The notes under the pieces are model-generated. The model ran no database searches, was not told where the DNA came from, and worked only from the letters and a program-made list of their open reading frames with translations. Both the position numbers and the translations under genes were made by a program. Shown here piece by piece: positions 26,957 to 38,072 of a DNA stretch of 64,000 bases (positions are counted from its first letter, which is position 1; each line of letters opens with the position of its first letter). This stretch comes from an uncultured candidate division Zixibacteria bacterium. GTDB lineage: Bacteria > Zixibacteria > MSB-5A5 > GN15 > FEB-12. The stretch lies in assembly GCA_963735035.1 (NCBI GenBank), contig CAVTJJ010000004.1:672001-736000 (forward strand). The letters are read 5' to 3'.

Positions 26957-26984
26957 TCAAGGCGGCCCGGCTATCTGTCGATTA
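26957..26984 (+). promoter_or_regulatory. Putative sigma28 promoter upstream of the CZB gene
   Basis: TCAA-N16-GTCGATTA. Confidence 0.5.
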
Positions 26985-27081
26985 ATAGGGTTACAGTTCA
27001 AGCGTGATTCAAGTGAGTACACCTAACCAATGCTGAGAAGTGGAGCCGTGTGCTCGCCAGCCCCAAACAGGAGAGAGTAGC

Positions 27082-27465
27082 ATGAACCAAGTCAAGGAAA
27101 TCGACGACGCCATCGCAGCCCACGGTTTGTGGAAGACCCGTCTAAAGAATGCGATCGCTACCGGCAAGACCGAAATTCCGCTGCCTACTATCCGCAGCAA
27201 CGATCAGTGTGCCTTCGGCAAATGGCTGCATGGCCAGACCCTTTCGGCCGGAGACAAAGCCTCCGCGCACTACAAGACGGTCGTGAATCTGCACAGCAAG
27301 TTTCATCAGGCTGCGGCAGGAATTGCCGAGTTGGCCGTAGCCGGCAAGAAAGCCGACGCCGAAAAGCATCTTAGCTCCGAGGGAGAGTTCGCGAAGGTTT
27401 CGGGCGAACTGACCATGGCCATGTTGGCGTGGAAGAAGAGCCAGACGCCGGTCCCGGCGCGCTAG
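27082..27465 (+). CDS. Stand-alone chemoreceptor zinc-binding (CZB) domain protein
   Basis: AHGLWK, DQCAFGKW, LHSKFH provide the His/Cys/His/His ligand set; AGGAG SD. Confidence 0.9.
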   Translation: MNQVKEIDDAIAAHGLWKTRLKNAIATGKTEIPLPTIRSNDQCAFGKWLHGQTLSAGDKASAHYKTVVNLHSKFHQAAAGIAELAVAGKKADAEKHLSSEGEFAKVSGELTMAMLAWKKSQTPVPAR

Positions 27466-27507
27466 TCATTGAGTAACTAGGAAACATACTTTGCCAATTT
27501 GCTTCGC

Positions 27508-27545
27508 AGGAAGCCGGCGCCCTCAGGCGACCGGCTTCTTGTTTC
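27508..27545 (+). terminator. Rho-independent terminator after the CZB gene
   Basis: GAAGCCGG-CGCC-CTCA-GGCG-A-CCGGCTTC followed by a T-rich tail. Confidence 0.7.
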
Positions 27546-27721
27546 TCTGCTGAACTTGTCTCGTCCCGCCTGCTCCTCTGATTTAGTATTGTGTACTTTG
27601 CCGTTTCCGCGCATCATGGGATAATGAGCCCATTATAAAAAATGGGCCTCATGGTCGAAACTATCTGACGGATGGACTGTTATCTATTAGTCCGTCTTCA
27701 TTGTTTATAGAGGTCGTAGTT

Positions 27722-28771
27722 ATGAAGGCACGATCCAAGACTGTGTTTGTCCTGATTGCGGTAGTTCTTGTCGGTGTCGCGGCCTGGCGATTATATCAGC
27801 TTGATGCCCCTGCTTCCGCAAAGAACCAGCCGCCTACACTGGTCAAGGTCGAAGCGCCGAAACGCGCGGCGGTGACTCCAAGTCTGCGCCTCACGGGTGA
27901 TGTTCAGCCTATTCAACAGACTCAGATATTCGCGCGGGTCTACGGGAATTTGCAGAGCCTTGAGGCAAACATTGGGGACCACGTCCGCGCCGGCCAGGTT
28001 CTCGCCCGGGTTGATACGATTGAACTGGCGCAGCAGTATCGTCAGGCCTCGGCAACCTACGAGAATGCGGCGATGATTTTGGAGCGGGCCAAGGCGCTTC
28101 AAAGTGACACCTTAATTTCCAAACAGGGGTTTGATAGCGTGGCCACCAGCACGGAGATCGCCCGGGAAAACAAAGAGGCTGCCAAGACACGATTGGATTA
28201 CGCGCAGATTACGGCTCCATTCTCCGGGGTGATCACCCGACGTTACCTGGATGCAGGCGCCCTGCTGACTTCTACAAATGCGAATCTGTTCTTGTTGATG
28301 GACCTTGATACGATGAAGATCATCGTGAATGTCCTCGAGAAGGATATCCCGTCGATAAAAGTCGGCGCCCAAGCGGTCATTACGGTCGAGGCCTATCCCG
28401 GCCGGGAATTTGGGGGTTCAGTGGCCAGGTTGAGCCAGGCATTGGATCTGGATACGCGCACGATGCCGGTTGAGATCGATGTTCGCAATCCCGACTACGA
28501 CCTCAAACCGGGGATGTTCGCAAGCATCTCGGTGTTGACCGGGGAGCCGGTCAATGCGCTGACTATTCCGACTCAGGCTCTGCTCAAGGATGCAAAGGGT
28601 TACTTTGTACTGGTAGCGGACAAGGACCAGGCGCGGCGAGTCGATGTAACCATCGGAGTAGAACAGCAATCGCGATCCGAGGTCCTTACCGGTCTCACCG
28701 ATACAGACAAGGTGATCACCACGGGCCAGCAGTTTGCCAGAGACGGCGGAAGGATAACAGTTCAACCTTAG
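27722..28771 (+). CDS. RND efflux periplasmic adaptor (membrane fusion protein)
   Basis: N-terminal anchor, GDHVRAGQVLA, ITAPFSGVI, LKPGMFA. Confidence 0.93.
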   Translation: MKARSKTVFVLIAVVLVGVAAWRLYQLDAPASAKNQPPTLVKVEAPKRAAVTPSLRLTGDVQPIQQTQIFARVYGNLQSLEANIGDHVRAGQVLARVDTIELAQQYRQASATYENAAMILERAKALQSDTLISKQGFDSVATSTEIARENKEAAKTRLDYAQITAPFSGVITRRYLDAGALLTSTNANLFLLMDLDTMKIIVNVLEKDIPSIKVGAQAVITVEAYPGREFGGSVARLSQALDLDTRTMPVEIDVRNPDYDLKPGMFASISVLTGEPVNALTIPTQALLKDAKGYFVLVADKDQARRVDVTIGVEQQSRSEVLTGLTDTDKVITTGQQFARDGGRITVQP

Positions 28772-28783
28772 GCGGATGCTCAT

Positions 28784-31700
28784 ATGTGGCTCACCCGACT
28801 GGCATTACGCTACCCAATTTCGACTTTCCTGTTTGCTGTCACAATCCTGGTGCTAGGATTTGTGTCGCTGACACAACTGCCCATTGATCTTCTGCCCAAC
28901 ATTACCATTCCTGTCGTAAGCACGGTCACTTTTTATACCGGCGCCGGTCCATTGGATATGGAACAATCGGTGACCGTTTTCACCGAGCGAGCGGTAAGTT
29001 CGGTAAATGACGTCAGCTACGTCCAATCATCGACCCGTGAAGGCATTTCTCAGGTTCGCATCAATTTCAATTGGAACGCCAATCTGGACGTGGGTCTGGT
29101 CGATGTCGTACAGCGCGTCAACCGAATCGTAAATCAGCTTCCGACCGGGGTATCGCAGCCGGTAGTGGCCCGGTTTGACATTACCAGCCTGCCGGTGTGT
29201 AACGTAGCAGTATCCGGGGATATGGATGAACGGGATCTGTACGATCTGGCTCTGAACACGATCGAGCCGCAAATCGAACACTTGTCCGGAGTCGCCTCGG
29301 CGGGGGTTTCGGGCGGGCGCATCAGGGAAATTCATGTTACGCTCGACCGCGATCGCATCCAGGCGCTACGGCTTCCGGTGCAGTCGGTCTTGACCGCCGT
29401 TGCGAACTCAAACCTGATCATTCCGTCCGGTGACCTGAAGACGGGACCTTTCGACTACTCTCTCAAGACCGAGAGCCGTTTCAACGTTGTGAAGCCGCTG
29501 GAAGACGTAATTATCAAGATGGTGGGAGGCGTACCTGTTCACATCCGCGACGTCGGCAAAGTCGAAGACAGCTATCAGGAACAGACCGAGATCGTGCGGG
29601 TCAACGGCAAGCCGGGTGTCATCCTGAGCGTGCAGAAGCTGGCCAATGCCAACACCATTCAGGTTGTGGACAATGTTCTTCGATCACTGCCGAAACTAGT
29701 TGGAGTACCCGAAGGCGTGACCATGTCATTGTCGTTCGATCAGTCTCTGTACATAAAGGATACGATTTCCGGGTTGCAGAGCGAAGCACTCATTGGGGCG
29801 CTGCTGGCCATGCTCATAATCATGGCGTTCCTGCGGAACCTGCGCGGGACGCTTATCATAATTGTGGCGATTCCCATGTCGATTCTCATCGCGCTAATCT
29901 GGTTCCGATTCGGGAACGTTACCTTGAATATTATGACGTTTGGTGGGCTTGCGCTCGCGGTAGGAAGGTTGGTGGATGATTCCATTGTCGAATTGGAGGC
30001 CATTTCTCGGCACTACAACGAGCGCAAGGAGGGACTAAGCAAGCTTCAGGCTACTCTGGACGCCGCCAAAGAAGTTGCGTCGCCGATATTCATTTCGACG
30101 CTCAGCACGGTCATCGTATTTCTGCCGATAGTGTTTGTCTCTGGCATAGCAAAGCTCCTGTTCGTTCCCCTGGCTGTTACTATTACGGTGGCTTTGTTTG
30201 GATCGTTCTTTGTCTCCCGGACGATCACCCCCTTGATGTGTCTGAATCTTCTTCCGCCTGAAAGGATACCGGAACCCGGCTCTGTTCGGCTAGTGGACCG
30301 TTTTCAGATTGCCGCGCGCAAATGGATTGAAGCGCTCGATGACTGGTACGCCAAACGCCTGCGCTGGGGACTGAACCATCGCAGGTTGATTATCTTTGGC
30401 ATTGTCGGTGTGGCGGCCTTGTCGCTGGTGCTTGTCAAGTTCATCGGTACAGAGTTCTTCCCGGAGCAGGATGAGGGCCAGTTCACGGTCACTATAAAGC
30501 TTCCGGTGGGCACTCGCACTGAGGGTACGGAAGCCTTTGTGCGTCAGGCCGAACAGATCCTGCGGGACAATATACCGGAAATGCAGGCGATGATAAGTGA
30601 CGCGGGGACACCGTCAGCTCGAAACGGAGCTTTTGGCGCCGGGCGCGGGAACACCGGCAGTCATTCGGCCAATATTCGAGTGGCGTTGGTATCTACGGAC
30701 AAACGCAAACGGTCGGTATTTGAGATCGTGAAGGACATCCGCCCGAAGCTGACGGCGCTACCGGGTGCCATGGTGTATATCTCCTCAGGCGGCTTTCTGA
30801 AGTTCCTCCTTAATTTCGGTTCATCGGCTCCGATTGATGTCGAGGTGCGAGGGTTCGATCTTGACACTGGGACCGCCCTGGCGAAAAGAGTCGCAGCCAT
30901 TGTGCGGTCAGTCAACGGAGCGACGGATGTGCAGATCACACGCGAAGACAACCTCCCGGAACTTCGCGTCCAAATTGACCGGGAGAGAGCCGGTGTACTG
31001 GGTATAAGCGTGGCCGACATCGCCAATACGATCAACACGATGATCGATGGCACAGTGGCGTCGTTGTACACCGATCCGCAAACCGGTAATCAATACAATA
31101 TACTGGTTCGCCTGAGCGAAGATTATCGTTCTCATATTGAGGATCTTCAGAACATCGTCCTGACAACACCAGGGGGGCACGAGGTTCTCCTGGGAAGCGT
31201 GGCCAGGATAACCAAAACAGCATCGCCGGTGCAGATCGATCGCAAGTATCAGCAGCGTCTGGTCGAAGTCACCGGCAACGTCAGCGGGCGCGATCTAGGG
31301 AGCGTGGCGAAAGATATTCAGTCGCAGCTCGATACTCTTACCGTTCCGCCAGGTTTTGAAGTCAGGCAAACCGGCAACGTGGAACAGCAGCAGCAGACCT
31401 TCAAAGTCCTTTTGCTCGCGCTTCTCCTGGCGGTTCTGCTGGTGTATGTCGTGATGGCCTCGCAATTCCAGTCGTTGTTGGATCCTCTGGTCATCATGTT
31501 CACGGTTCCTCTGGGATTGGTGGGAGTGTTGTGGATACTGTTTCTCACCAACACGACTCTGTCGGTGACGTCATTCCAGGGAATAATAATTATGATCGGA
31601 ATCGTGGTTTCCAACGGCGTGCTGCTCGTCGATTACACCAGCCACCTTCGCATGAAAGGTATGCCCCTGCATGAGGCGGTGGTGACCGGCGGCAAAACCC

Positions 31701-31930
31701 GTCTGAAGCCCATAATTATGACGACTCTGGCCACGGTACTGGGGCTCATACCCATGGCGCTGGGTCTCGGCGGAGAATCGACTCAGGCCCCGCTGGCTCT
31801 TGCGGTTATTGGAGGGCTTACCGTTTCCACAGTCTTGACGCTGTTCTTCATTCCGGTGTTGTATACCGTCATTGAGGATCGATTCAGACGCAAACTAGAT
31901 GTCCCTGCAGAACTAGCTGATCGGTCATAG
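28784..31930 (+). CDS. RND efflux permease (AcrB/SwrC family)
   Basis: 1048 aa; LPIDLLP, GRLVDDSIV, GIVVSNGVLLVD, RLKPIIMT. Confidence 0.95.
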   Translation: MWLTRLALRYPISTFLFAVTILVLGFVSLTQLPIDLLPNITIPVVSTVTFYTGAGPLDMEQSVTVFTERAVSSVNDVSYVQSSTREGISQVRINFNWNANLDVGLVDVVQRVNRIVNQLPTGVSQPVVARFDITSLPVCNVAVSGDMDERDLYDLALNTIEPQIEHLSGVASAGVSGGRIREIHVTLDRDRIQALRLPVQSVLTAVANSNLIIPSGDLKTGPFDYSLKTESRFNVVKPLEDVIIKMVGGVPVHIRDVGKVEDSYQEQTEIVRVNGKPGVILSVQKLANANTIQVVDNVLRSLPKLVGVPEGVTMSLSFDQSLYIKDTISGLQSEALIGALLAMLIIMAFLRNLRGTLIIIVAIPMSILIALIWFRFGNVTLNIMTFGGLALAVGRLVDDSIVELEAISRHYNERKEGLSKLQATLDAAKEVASPIFISTLSTVIVFLPIVFVSGIAKLLFVPLAVTITVALFGSFFVSRTITPLMCLNLLPPERIPEPGSVRLVDRFQIAARKWIEALDDWYAKRLRWGLNHRRLIIFGIVGVAALSLVLVKFIGTEFFPEQDEGQFTVTIKLPVGTRTEGTEAFVRQAEQILRDNIPEMQAMISDAGTPSARNGAFGAGRGNTGSHSANIRVALVSTDKRKRSVFEIVKDIRPKLTALPGAMVYISSGGFLKFLLNFGSSAPIDVEVRGFDLDTGTALAKRVAAIVRSVNGATDVQITREDNLPELRVQIDRERAGVLGISVADIANTINTMIDGTVASLYTDPQTGNQYNILVRLSEDYRSHIEDLQNIVLTTPGGHEVLLGSVARITKTASPVQIDRKYQQRLVEVTGNVSGRDLGSVAKDIQSQLDTLTVPPGFEVRQTGNVEQQQQTFKVLLLALLLAVLLVYVVMASQFQSLLDPLVIMFTVPLGLVGVLWILFLTNTTLSVTSFQGIIIMIGIVVSNGVLLVDYTSHLRMKGMPLHEAVVTGGKTRLKPIIMTTLATVLGLIPMALGLGGESTQAPLALAVIGGLTVSTVLTLFFIPVLYTVIEDRFRRKLDVPAELADRS

Positions 31931-32064
31931 CGAGTAATAGACCACCGGAAGCAAGGACTCTGAGCGTTGCCGCGACTGTTTGACACCGATATTGAACATG
32001 GTTTATTCATCCTAAGAACGCAAAGTAACGCGGGCTCTGCCATCGTAAACAGGTAGGAATACAA

Positions 32065-32760
32065 ATGCCAACTTCCCCACATGTAGAAGCACATTTCACG
32101 GCCACTGAAACCATTCGTGACATAGTAATCGGAATGTCGGACGGCCTGACAGTGCCGTTTGCCCTGGCCGCGGGACTGTCAAGCGCTCAGGCCTCGACGC
32201 ACATTGTGGTGACCGCTGGGCTGGCGGAAATCGCGGCGGGCTCGATCGCTATGGGACTCGGCGGGTATCTGGCGGCGAAGACTGATCTGGAGCATTACAA
32301 TTCTGAGCGGAAGAGAGAATTCGACGAGATCAGGGATGTCCCGGAGAAGGAAATCGAAGAAGTCCAGCAGATCTTCCTCGATTTCGGCATGACTGACGAA
32401 GCTGCCAAACCGGTCGTTAGCGCGATCGCTGCTGAACCTTCGCGCTGGGTGGATTTCATGATGCGGTTCGAGTTGGGTTTGAGCGCCCCGGACCCGCGTC
32501 GAGCCCGGCGTAGTGCGTTCACGATCGCGATGTCGTATATCGTCGGCGGATTGGTGCCGCTGGCCTCGTACATGGTGATTCCAAACGCTCAGGAGGCTTT
32601 GTATTCATCTGTCGTGATAACCATTGCAGCGCTGTTTGTCTTTGGGTTCATGAAGGGACATTTCACGGGCTTGCGACCTATCAAAGGCGCTCTTCAGACA
32701 ACATTCATTGGCGGTCTGGCCGCAGCGGCCGCTTTCTTGATTGCCCGCTTGATTGGCTGA
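32065..32760 (+). CDS. VIT1/CCC1 family Fe/Mn transporter
   Basis: IRDIVIGMSDGLTVPFALAAGL, AEIAAGSIAMGLGGYLA, FMMRFELGL. Confidence 0.93.
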   Translation: MPTSPHVEAHFTATETIRDIVIGMSDGLTVPFALAAGLSSAQASTHIVVTAGLAEIAAGSIAMGLGGYLAAKTDLEHYNSERKREFDEIRDVPEKEIEEVQQIFLDFGMTDEAAKPVVSAIAAEPSRWVDFMMRFELGLSAPDPRRARRSAFTIAMSYIVGGLVPLASYMVIPNAQEALYSSVVITIAALFVFGFMKGHFTGLRPIKGALQTTFIGGLAAAAAFLIARLIG

Positions 32761-32787
32761 GGGAGCGACTGGTAGGGGAATATAGTT

Positions 32788-35336
32788 ATGAGTACTCAGA
32801 CAAAGGCCGTGAGTGAGAACTTCTGGAGCCTGCCGTCCGAGAAAGTGCTGCTCAATCTCAAAACGTCTAAAGACGGGTTGACCGACGAAGAGGCTCAGTC
32901 CCGATTATTGCGATTCGGACCAAACCGGCTTGGAACAAAGAAGAGTAGCGGGTTATTGGGGCTCCTGGTCAGTCAGTTCAAGAGCCCGATAATTCTTATA
33001 CTGATATTCGCCGCCGGCATCGCTTTCGTCCTGCACGACAAAACCGACGCTTTGATCATACTTGCCATCGTCCTGATAAGCGGGTTGCTGGGATTCTGGC
33101 AGGAACGGGGTGCGGCCAATGCGGTACAAAAGCTTCTCGCAATGGTGCAAATCAAGGCGCGTGTGCCTCGCAACGGCGCCGAGCATGAGATCAGCACCGA
33201 AGAACTAGTCCCCGGCGATATAGTGCTGTTTTTCAGCGGGGGACTTGATCCCGAGCGACTGCCTGTTGCTCGATTCTCACGATCTCTTCATTGATGAAGC
33301 CGCCCTGACCGGAGAAACGTTTCCTGTCGAGAAGACAGTCGGAGTGGTGGCGACCGACACTCCGCTGGCCAAGAGAACGAATGCTCTGTTCATGGGGACG
33401 CATGTTGTCAGTGGTTCAGCCAAGGCGGTCGTAGTGTCCACCGGCCGGGCCACGGAATTTGGGGCGATCTCCGAACAACTCAAGCTTCGTCCTCCGGAGA
33501 CGGATTTCGAAAGGGGTGTTCGTCGCTTTGGCTATCTGCTATCGGAAATCACGCTCATCCTCGTCATCGCGATCTTTGCCTTCAATATCTATTTCCAAAA
33601 GCCCATCTTGGATTCTCTGCTTTTCGCCCTGGCCCTGGCAGTCGGTTTGACCCCGCAGCTTCTCCCGGCTATCATAAGTATCAACCTGGCAACCGGCGCA
33701 AAACGGATGGCACAGCAGCATGTCATCGTAAAGCGCTTGGCGTCTATCGAGAACTTCGGAAGCATGAACGTGCTTTGTTCCGACAAGACCGGGACCTTGA
33801 CCGAGGGTGTGGCGTCGCTTCAATCAGCCGTTGACGTGAATGCACTGCCCAGTGAAAAGGTGTTGCTTGTACGCCTACGTCAATTCAAGCTTTGAGACCG
33901 GCTTTGTAAATCCGATCGACAAGGCCATCCGCAGTCACAAAGCTTTCGATCTGGGCGGCTGGACCAAACTCGACGAGATCCCTTACGATTTCATCCGCAA
34001 GCGTTTGACCGTACTGGCCTGCACCGGCGGCAAATGTCTGATGATAACGAAGGGCGCTCTGCCCAATGTTGTCCAGACGTGTACGTCCGTCGAAGAACCC
34101 GACGGGATCAAACCGCTGAATGACATTGTGCGACAGGCCATCCAACAGCAATTCGAGACGTTTGGCGGGAGCGGCTACCGGGTGTTGGGGGTGGCCTATC
34201 GTGAAATGGGTGGCAAGGATGCTATCATGTCGCACCATGAAGCGGACATGACCTTCCTGGGTTTTCTGGTATTCTTCGATCCACCCAAGGCGGGAGTTGC
34301 CAACACAATCAAGGAGCTTCGAAATCTGGGCGTCGAATTGAAGATTATCACCGGCGACAGCCGACTCGTGGTGACCAGTCTGAGCGAACAATTGGGGCTT
34401 AATCACCCGAACATTCTGGTCGGTGAGGAACTCAAGCATATTTCCGACGAAGCTTTAATGCGACGGGCGGTCGAGACGAACGTGTTCGCCGAAGTTGAGC
34501 CCAATCAGAAACTGCGAATCATCACGTCCCTCAAGAAGGCAGGGAAGGTGGTCGGATTTATCGGCGACGGCATCAATGATGCCTCGGCGCTTCACGCCGC
34601 CGATGTCGGCATTTCCGTGGACAGCGCCGTCGATGTGGCCAAGGAAGCGGCGGATATTGTGCTGCTCAAGCACGGTCTCGATGTCCTGACGGTTGGCGTC
34701 AAGCTGGGGCGGGAGACTTTTGCAAACACACTCAAGTATGTTTTCATGGCCACGAGCGCAAACTTTGGCAACATGTTCAGCATGGCCGGGGCATCGCTGT
34801 TTCTGCCGTTTCTGCCTCTGTTACCGAAGCAGATTCTACTCACAAACCTGCTGACCGATTTCCCGGAGATGGCTATCGCGACTGATAACGTCGATCCGGA
34901 ATTGGTCGAGAGCCCCCGCCGATGGGACATAAAATCGATACGTAATTTCATGCTGGTGTTTGGTCTGCTCAGCTCGGTCTTTGACTATTTGACATTTGGA
35001 GTGTTGCTGTTGGTACTCAAAGCGAGTCCGGAGCAATTCAGGACGGGTTGGTTTATCGAATCGGTTATCAGCGCGTCGCTGATTGTCTTGGTCATTCGGA
35101 GTCGGAAGCCGTTTTTCAGAAGCAAGCCGGGCCTGTGGTTGTCGATATCCACCGCCGCGCTGTTTGTTGTGACGCTTATACTGCCGTTCACTGTCGTTGG
35201 CAGATTGTTCCACTTCACGCCGCCGTCGCTGTCATTCCTGCTGATGATGGGTGCGATCGTAATTGCATATATAGTTTCGGCTGAGCTTCTCAAGCGTCTC
35301 TTCTACCGAAACTCAGCGCACCCCGGCTCGGCGTAG
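32788..35336 (+). CDS. mgtA: Mg2+-translocating P-type ATPase (two +1 frameshifts, probably sequencing errors)
   Basis: Three consecutive ORFs carry TGET, AVGLTP, DKTGTLT, GDGINDA and TSANFGNMFS; removing one base near 33229-33233 and one near 33867 gives about 848 aa. Confidence 0.88.
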
Positions 35337-35375
35337 CGACGACAGATTGTGTTGGCATCGGGCTGTGTGGCTTGA

Positions 35376-36575
35376 CTATTCGTAGCGGAGGGCGTCGATC
35401 ACATTGAGCCGGGCGGCGCGAAGGGCGGGGTAGAATCCGGCGCACGTGCCGACCCCCATGCAGATAAGAATACTGCAGCCAATCCAGAGCCAGGGGAGAA
35501 TCAGTTCGCCGCCGATAAGAGTCTTGTTGATGACTATGCCGCCGACTATTCCGAGGCAACCACCAAAGACCCCGAGCACGACCGACTCAATAAGGAATTG
35601 GAGCATGATCATCAACCGGCTGGCGCCGACCGCGCGGCGGACGCCGATTTCACGCGTGCGCTCAGTAACCGAAACGAGCATGACGTTCGCAATGCCGATT
35701 CCACCTACAAACAACGATACCAGCGCTATGATGATGATGAAGTTAGCCAGCTCGACGTTCGTTTCCTGAATGGTCGAAAGGAAGAAGTCCTGGCGGCGGA
35801 CACGGAAATCGTTCTCCTGGTCGGGGCGAAGGCGATGGTTGCGCCGAAGGATGGATTCAATATCGAACAGAGCTTCATCGTAGTCGGTAGATGAACGCAT
35901 CTGAGCCATGACGGTGTTGAGATAATCGACGCCAAAAAGTCGTTCCTGAGCGGTTGTCAGCGGGACATAGATCTGTTCGTCGGGGCTCGACCACGATTCT
36001 CCCTTGACCGGCAGCAAGCCGATTACGTCAAAGGTGTTTGATTTCAGGAGAATCTTCTTACCGATGGGATCTTCGTCGCCAAACAGGTCTTTGCGGACGG
36101 TGGCGCCGATCACACAGACGCGGGCACGCTCAAGCATTTCCTGATTGGTAAAGACACGGCCTTCGGCAGGTGCCACGTTGTTGACCGGGAAATATGCGGT
36201 GGTCGTGCCGGTCACGCGACTGCTGCGGTTCTTATCACGATATTCAGCGGGTGCGCCGCCGGAATAGGCCGGCACGGTTTGAACTATGACGCTGGACAGG
36301 TCTTCAATTTCCCGGGCGTCATCCCAGGTCAGACTGACGACATCGACATCAACGTGCACACCGTGCCCGTGGGCGAATTCGGGGCGGATAATCAAGACAT
36401 TCGGACCGAGCGCTTCCAAGCGTTCATTGATACGCCGCTTGGTCATTTCACCTAAAATGACGACATAGAGGACGGCCGCGATACCTACCGCGATGCCGAG
36501 CAGAGTCAGGCTCGACCGGAGCGGATTGGCTCTGAGGCTTTGCAGCCCCTGGGTGATATTCTCAAATATCTGCAT
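35376..36575 (-). CDS. ABC transporter permease, MacB/FtsX family
   Basis: RSSLTLLGIAVGIAA, VGGIGIANVMLVSVTERTREIGVRRAVGA, C-terminal ALRYE. Confidence 0.93.
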   Translation of the reverse strand: MQIFENITQGLQSLRANPLRSSLTLLGIAVGIAAVLYVVILGEMTKRRINERLEALGPNVLIIRPEFAHGHGVHVDVDVVSLTWDDAREIEDLSSVIVQTVPAYSGGAPAEYRDKNRSSRVTGTTTAYFPVNNVAPAEGRVFTNQEMLERARVCVIGATVRKDLFGDEDPIGKKILLKSNTFDVIGLLPVKGESWSSPDEQIYVPLTTAQERLFGVDYLNTVMAQMRSSTDYDEALFDIESILRRNHRLRPDQENDFRVRRQDFFLSTIQETNVELANFIIIIALVSLFVGGIGIANVMLVSVTERTREIGVRRAVGASRLMIMLQFLIESVVLGVFGGCLGIVGGIVINKTLIGGELILPWLWIGCSILICMGVGTCAGFYPALRAARLNVIDALRYE

Positions 36576-36610
36576 GGTACTTTTGGGAGCAGTTTCCGTT
36601 CAGTTGCCGT

Positions 36611-37789
36611 CTAGTGACCACCGCCGGGAACATTACCAGTGCCGAAACCGCGTGAGCCCTTTATTTCCTGCTCCATCCGGTCGTTCTCGGCTTTCAAGCG
36701 CGAGGTCATGGGGACGCCCACGATATCGCCTTCGGCCAGACCGGATGCGATCACCGCCATCTCGGGATTCGTCAATCCGATTTCGATATCACGCGGCGCA
36801 AAAGAGTCATTCTGCTTCACGAAGACCTGGCGGTTGTTTCGCTTTGCTGCGGATTCACCCGGTTCGCTAAGCGCCACCATGGGAACAAGCAGGGCGTTGT
36901 CGTCCTTGGCGACGGTGACTTCGGCGTTGACATTCATACCCGACTTCAGCTTGCCGTCGGTGTTTTCAACTTCGATGATAATGTCGAACATGGTCACGTT
37001 CTGCAGGACGCGGGCTTCGGGGGCGATGCGGACAATCTTTCCAGTGAAAATAAGAGAAGGGTAGGCGTCGGCGACCACGGTCGCTTCCTGATCGACCCGG
37101 ACTTTGCCGACATCGATTTCATCAATACCGGCCTCGATATAGACCCGTCGCATATCGGCGATGTCGGCGATCTTGGTGCCGCCGCCGACATTGCTGATAC
37201 CTGAGGCGATGATCTGCCCGATTTCGACATATTTCTGAAGGATGACCCCGTCGATAGGCGAGGTAACAATCGTCTCATTCATGCGAGTGGTGGCCCGGTC
37301 CAGGGCTGTCTGAGCGCCCACCAGCTTGCCTTTGGCCTGCGCCAACTGAAGCGTGACCTGGTCGAATTCTTCCTGAGATATCAGATGTTTGTCAAAGAGC
37401 TGAACGCGTCGGTCATACGTATTTTGCGATTGCACGATTTCCGCCTGGGCAATTTCGAGGTCGGCCTGTGCCTGGTCCATGTCGGCTTTGACGTCGGTCT
37501 GGTCGAGCCGGCAGATGAGCGCGCCTTTCGAGACATAGTCACCGGCATTGATGGGAAGTTCTTCGACCCGTCCGCTGGCTTTCGATTTGATTTCAACGCG
37601 GTAAATAGGGGTGACGGAACCATCGGCTGAAACGACACTGGTGAAGGTCCCTCGCTTGACCGCGTATTCTTTGTAGCGAACTTGCTTTTCGGGGGAATCG
37701 CTGGAGCGACCGGTGCGATATACATATACGCTGATGGCGAACACTACCAGGAGGAGTATCGCCAGCAACTGCCATCGGAATCTCTTCAT
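36611..37789 (-). CDS. MacA-type periplasmic adaptor
   Basis: VEIKSKASG, SPIDGVI, DEIDVGKV, LKSGM; upstream of the MacB-type permease. Confidence 0.92.
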   Translation of the reverse strand: MKRFRWQLLAILLLVVFAISVYVYRTGRSSDSPEKQVRYKEYAVKRGTFTSVVSADGSVTPIYRVEIKSKASGRVEELPINAGDYVSKGALICRLDQTDVKADMDQAQADLEIAQAEIVQSQNTYDRRVQLFDKHLISQEEFDQVTLQLAQAKGKLVGAQTALDRATTRMNETIVTSPIDGVILQKYVEIGQIIASGISNVGGGTKIADIADMRRVYIEAGIDEIDVGKVRVDQEATVVADAYPSLIFTGKIVRIAPEARVLQNVTMFDIIIEVENTDGKLKSGMNVNAEVTVAKDDNALLVPMVALSEPGESAAKRNNRQVFVKQNDSFAPRDIEIGLTNPEMAVIASGLAEGDIVGVPMTSRLKAENDRMEQEIKGSRGFGTGNVPGGGH

Positions 37790-38072
37790 ACGTCTCTGTA
37801 TCCTTCTGGGTTGCCGTGGGGGCCACCACGAGCCGGAGAGAAATATATAGAGTGGAGCAGCCGGTGTCAGCAGGTTTTGCGGGGTAGTCTTGGGACTTCT
37901 TCATTTGTATCAATCTATAGCCCCCTTGTTGGTTATAAGAAACCTATTGCCAGCCACCCGAGAAGCTACTATCATCGCCCCATGAATGCCCATGTGCGCC
38001 GCAGTCCTGAATGTATCACCGTGCTTCGCGGCCGGGTATTCTTCGTTCCCTCCAATCCTCCCTATACCTGAC

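Noticed and set aside
23996..27000. Prophage or integrative element at tRNA-Ser
   Set aside because: No integrase, no phage genes and no duplicated tRNA 3' end (attR) were seen in the window.
26800..27080. c-di-GMP riboswitch upstream of the CZB gene
   Set aside because: No GEMM-I hallmarks (GGCAAAC...GAAA...GACGCAAAG) could be found.
27626..27700. Inverted repeats upstream of the RND operon (GCCCATT/AATGGGC; GATGGACT/AGTCCGTC) as operators
   Set aside because: Plausible, but no adjacent regulator gene and no second copy support them.
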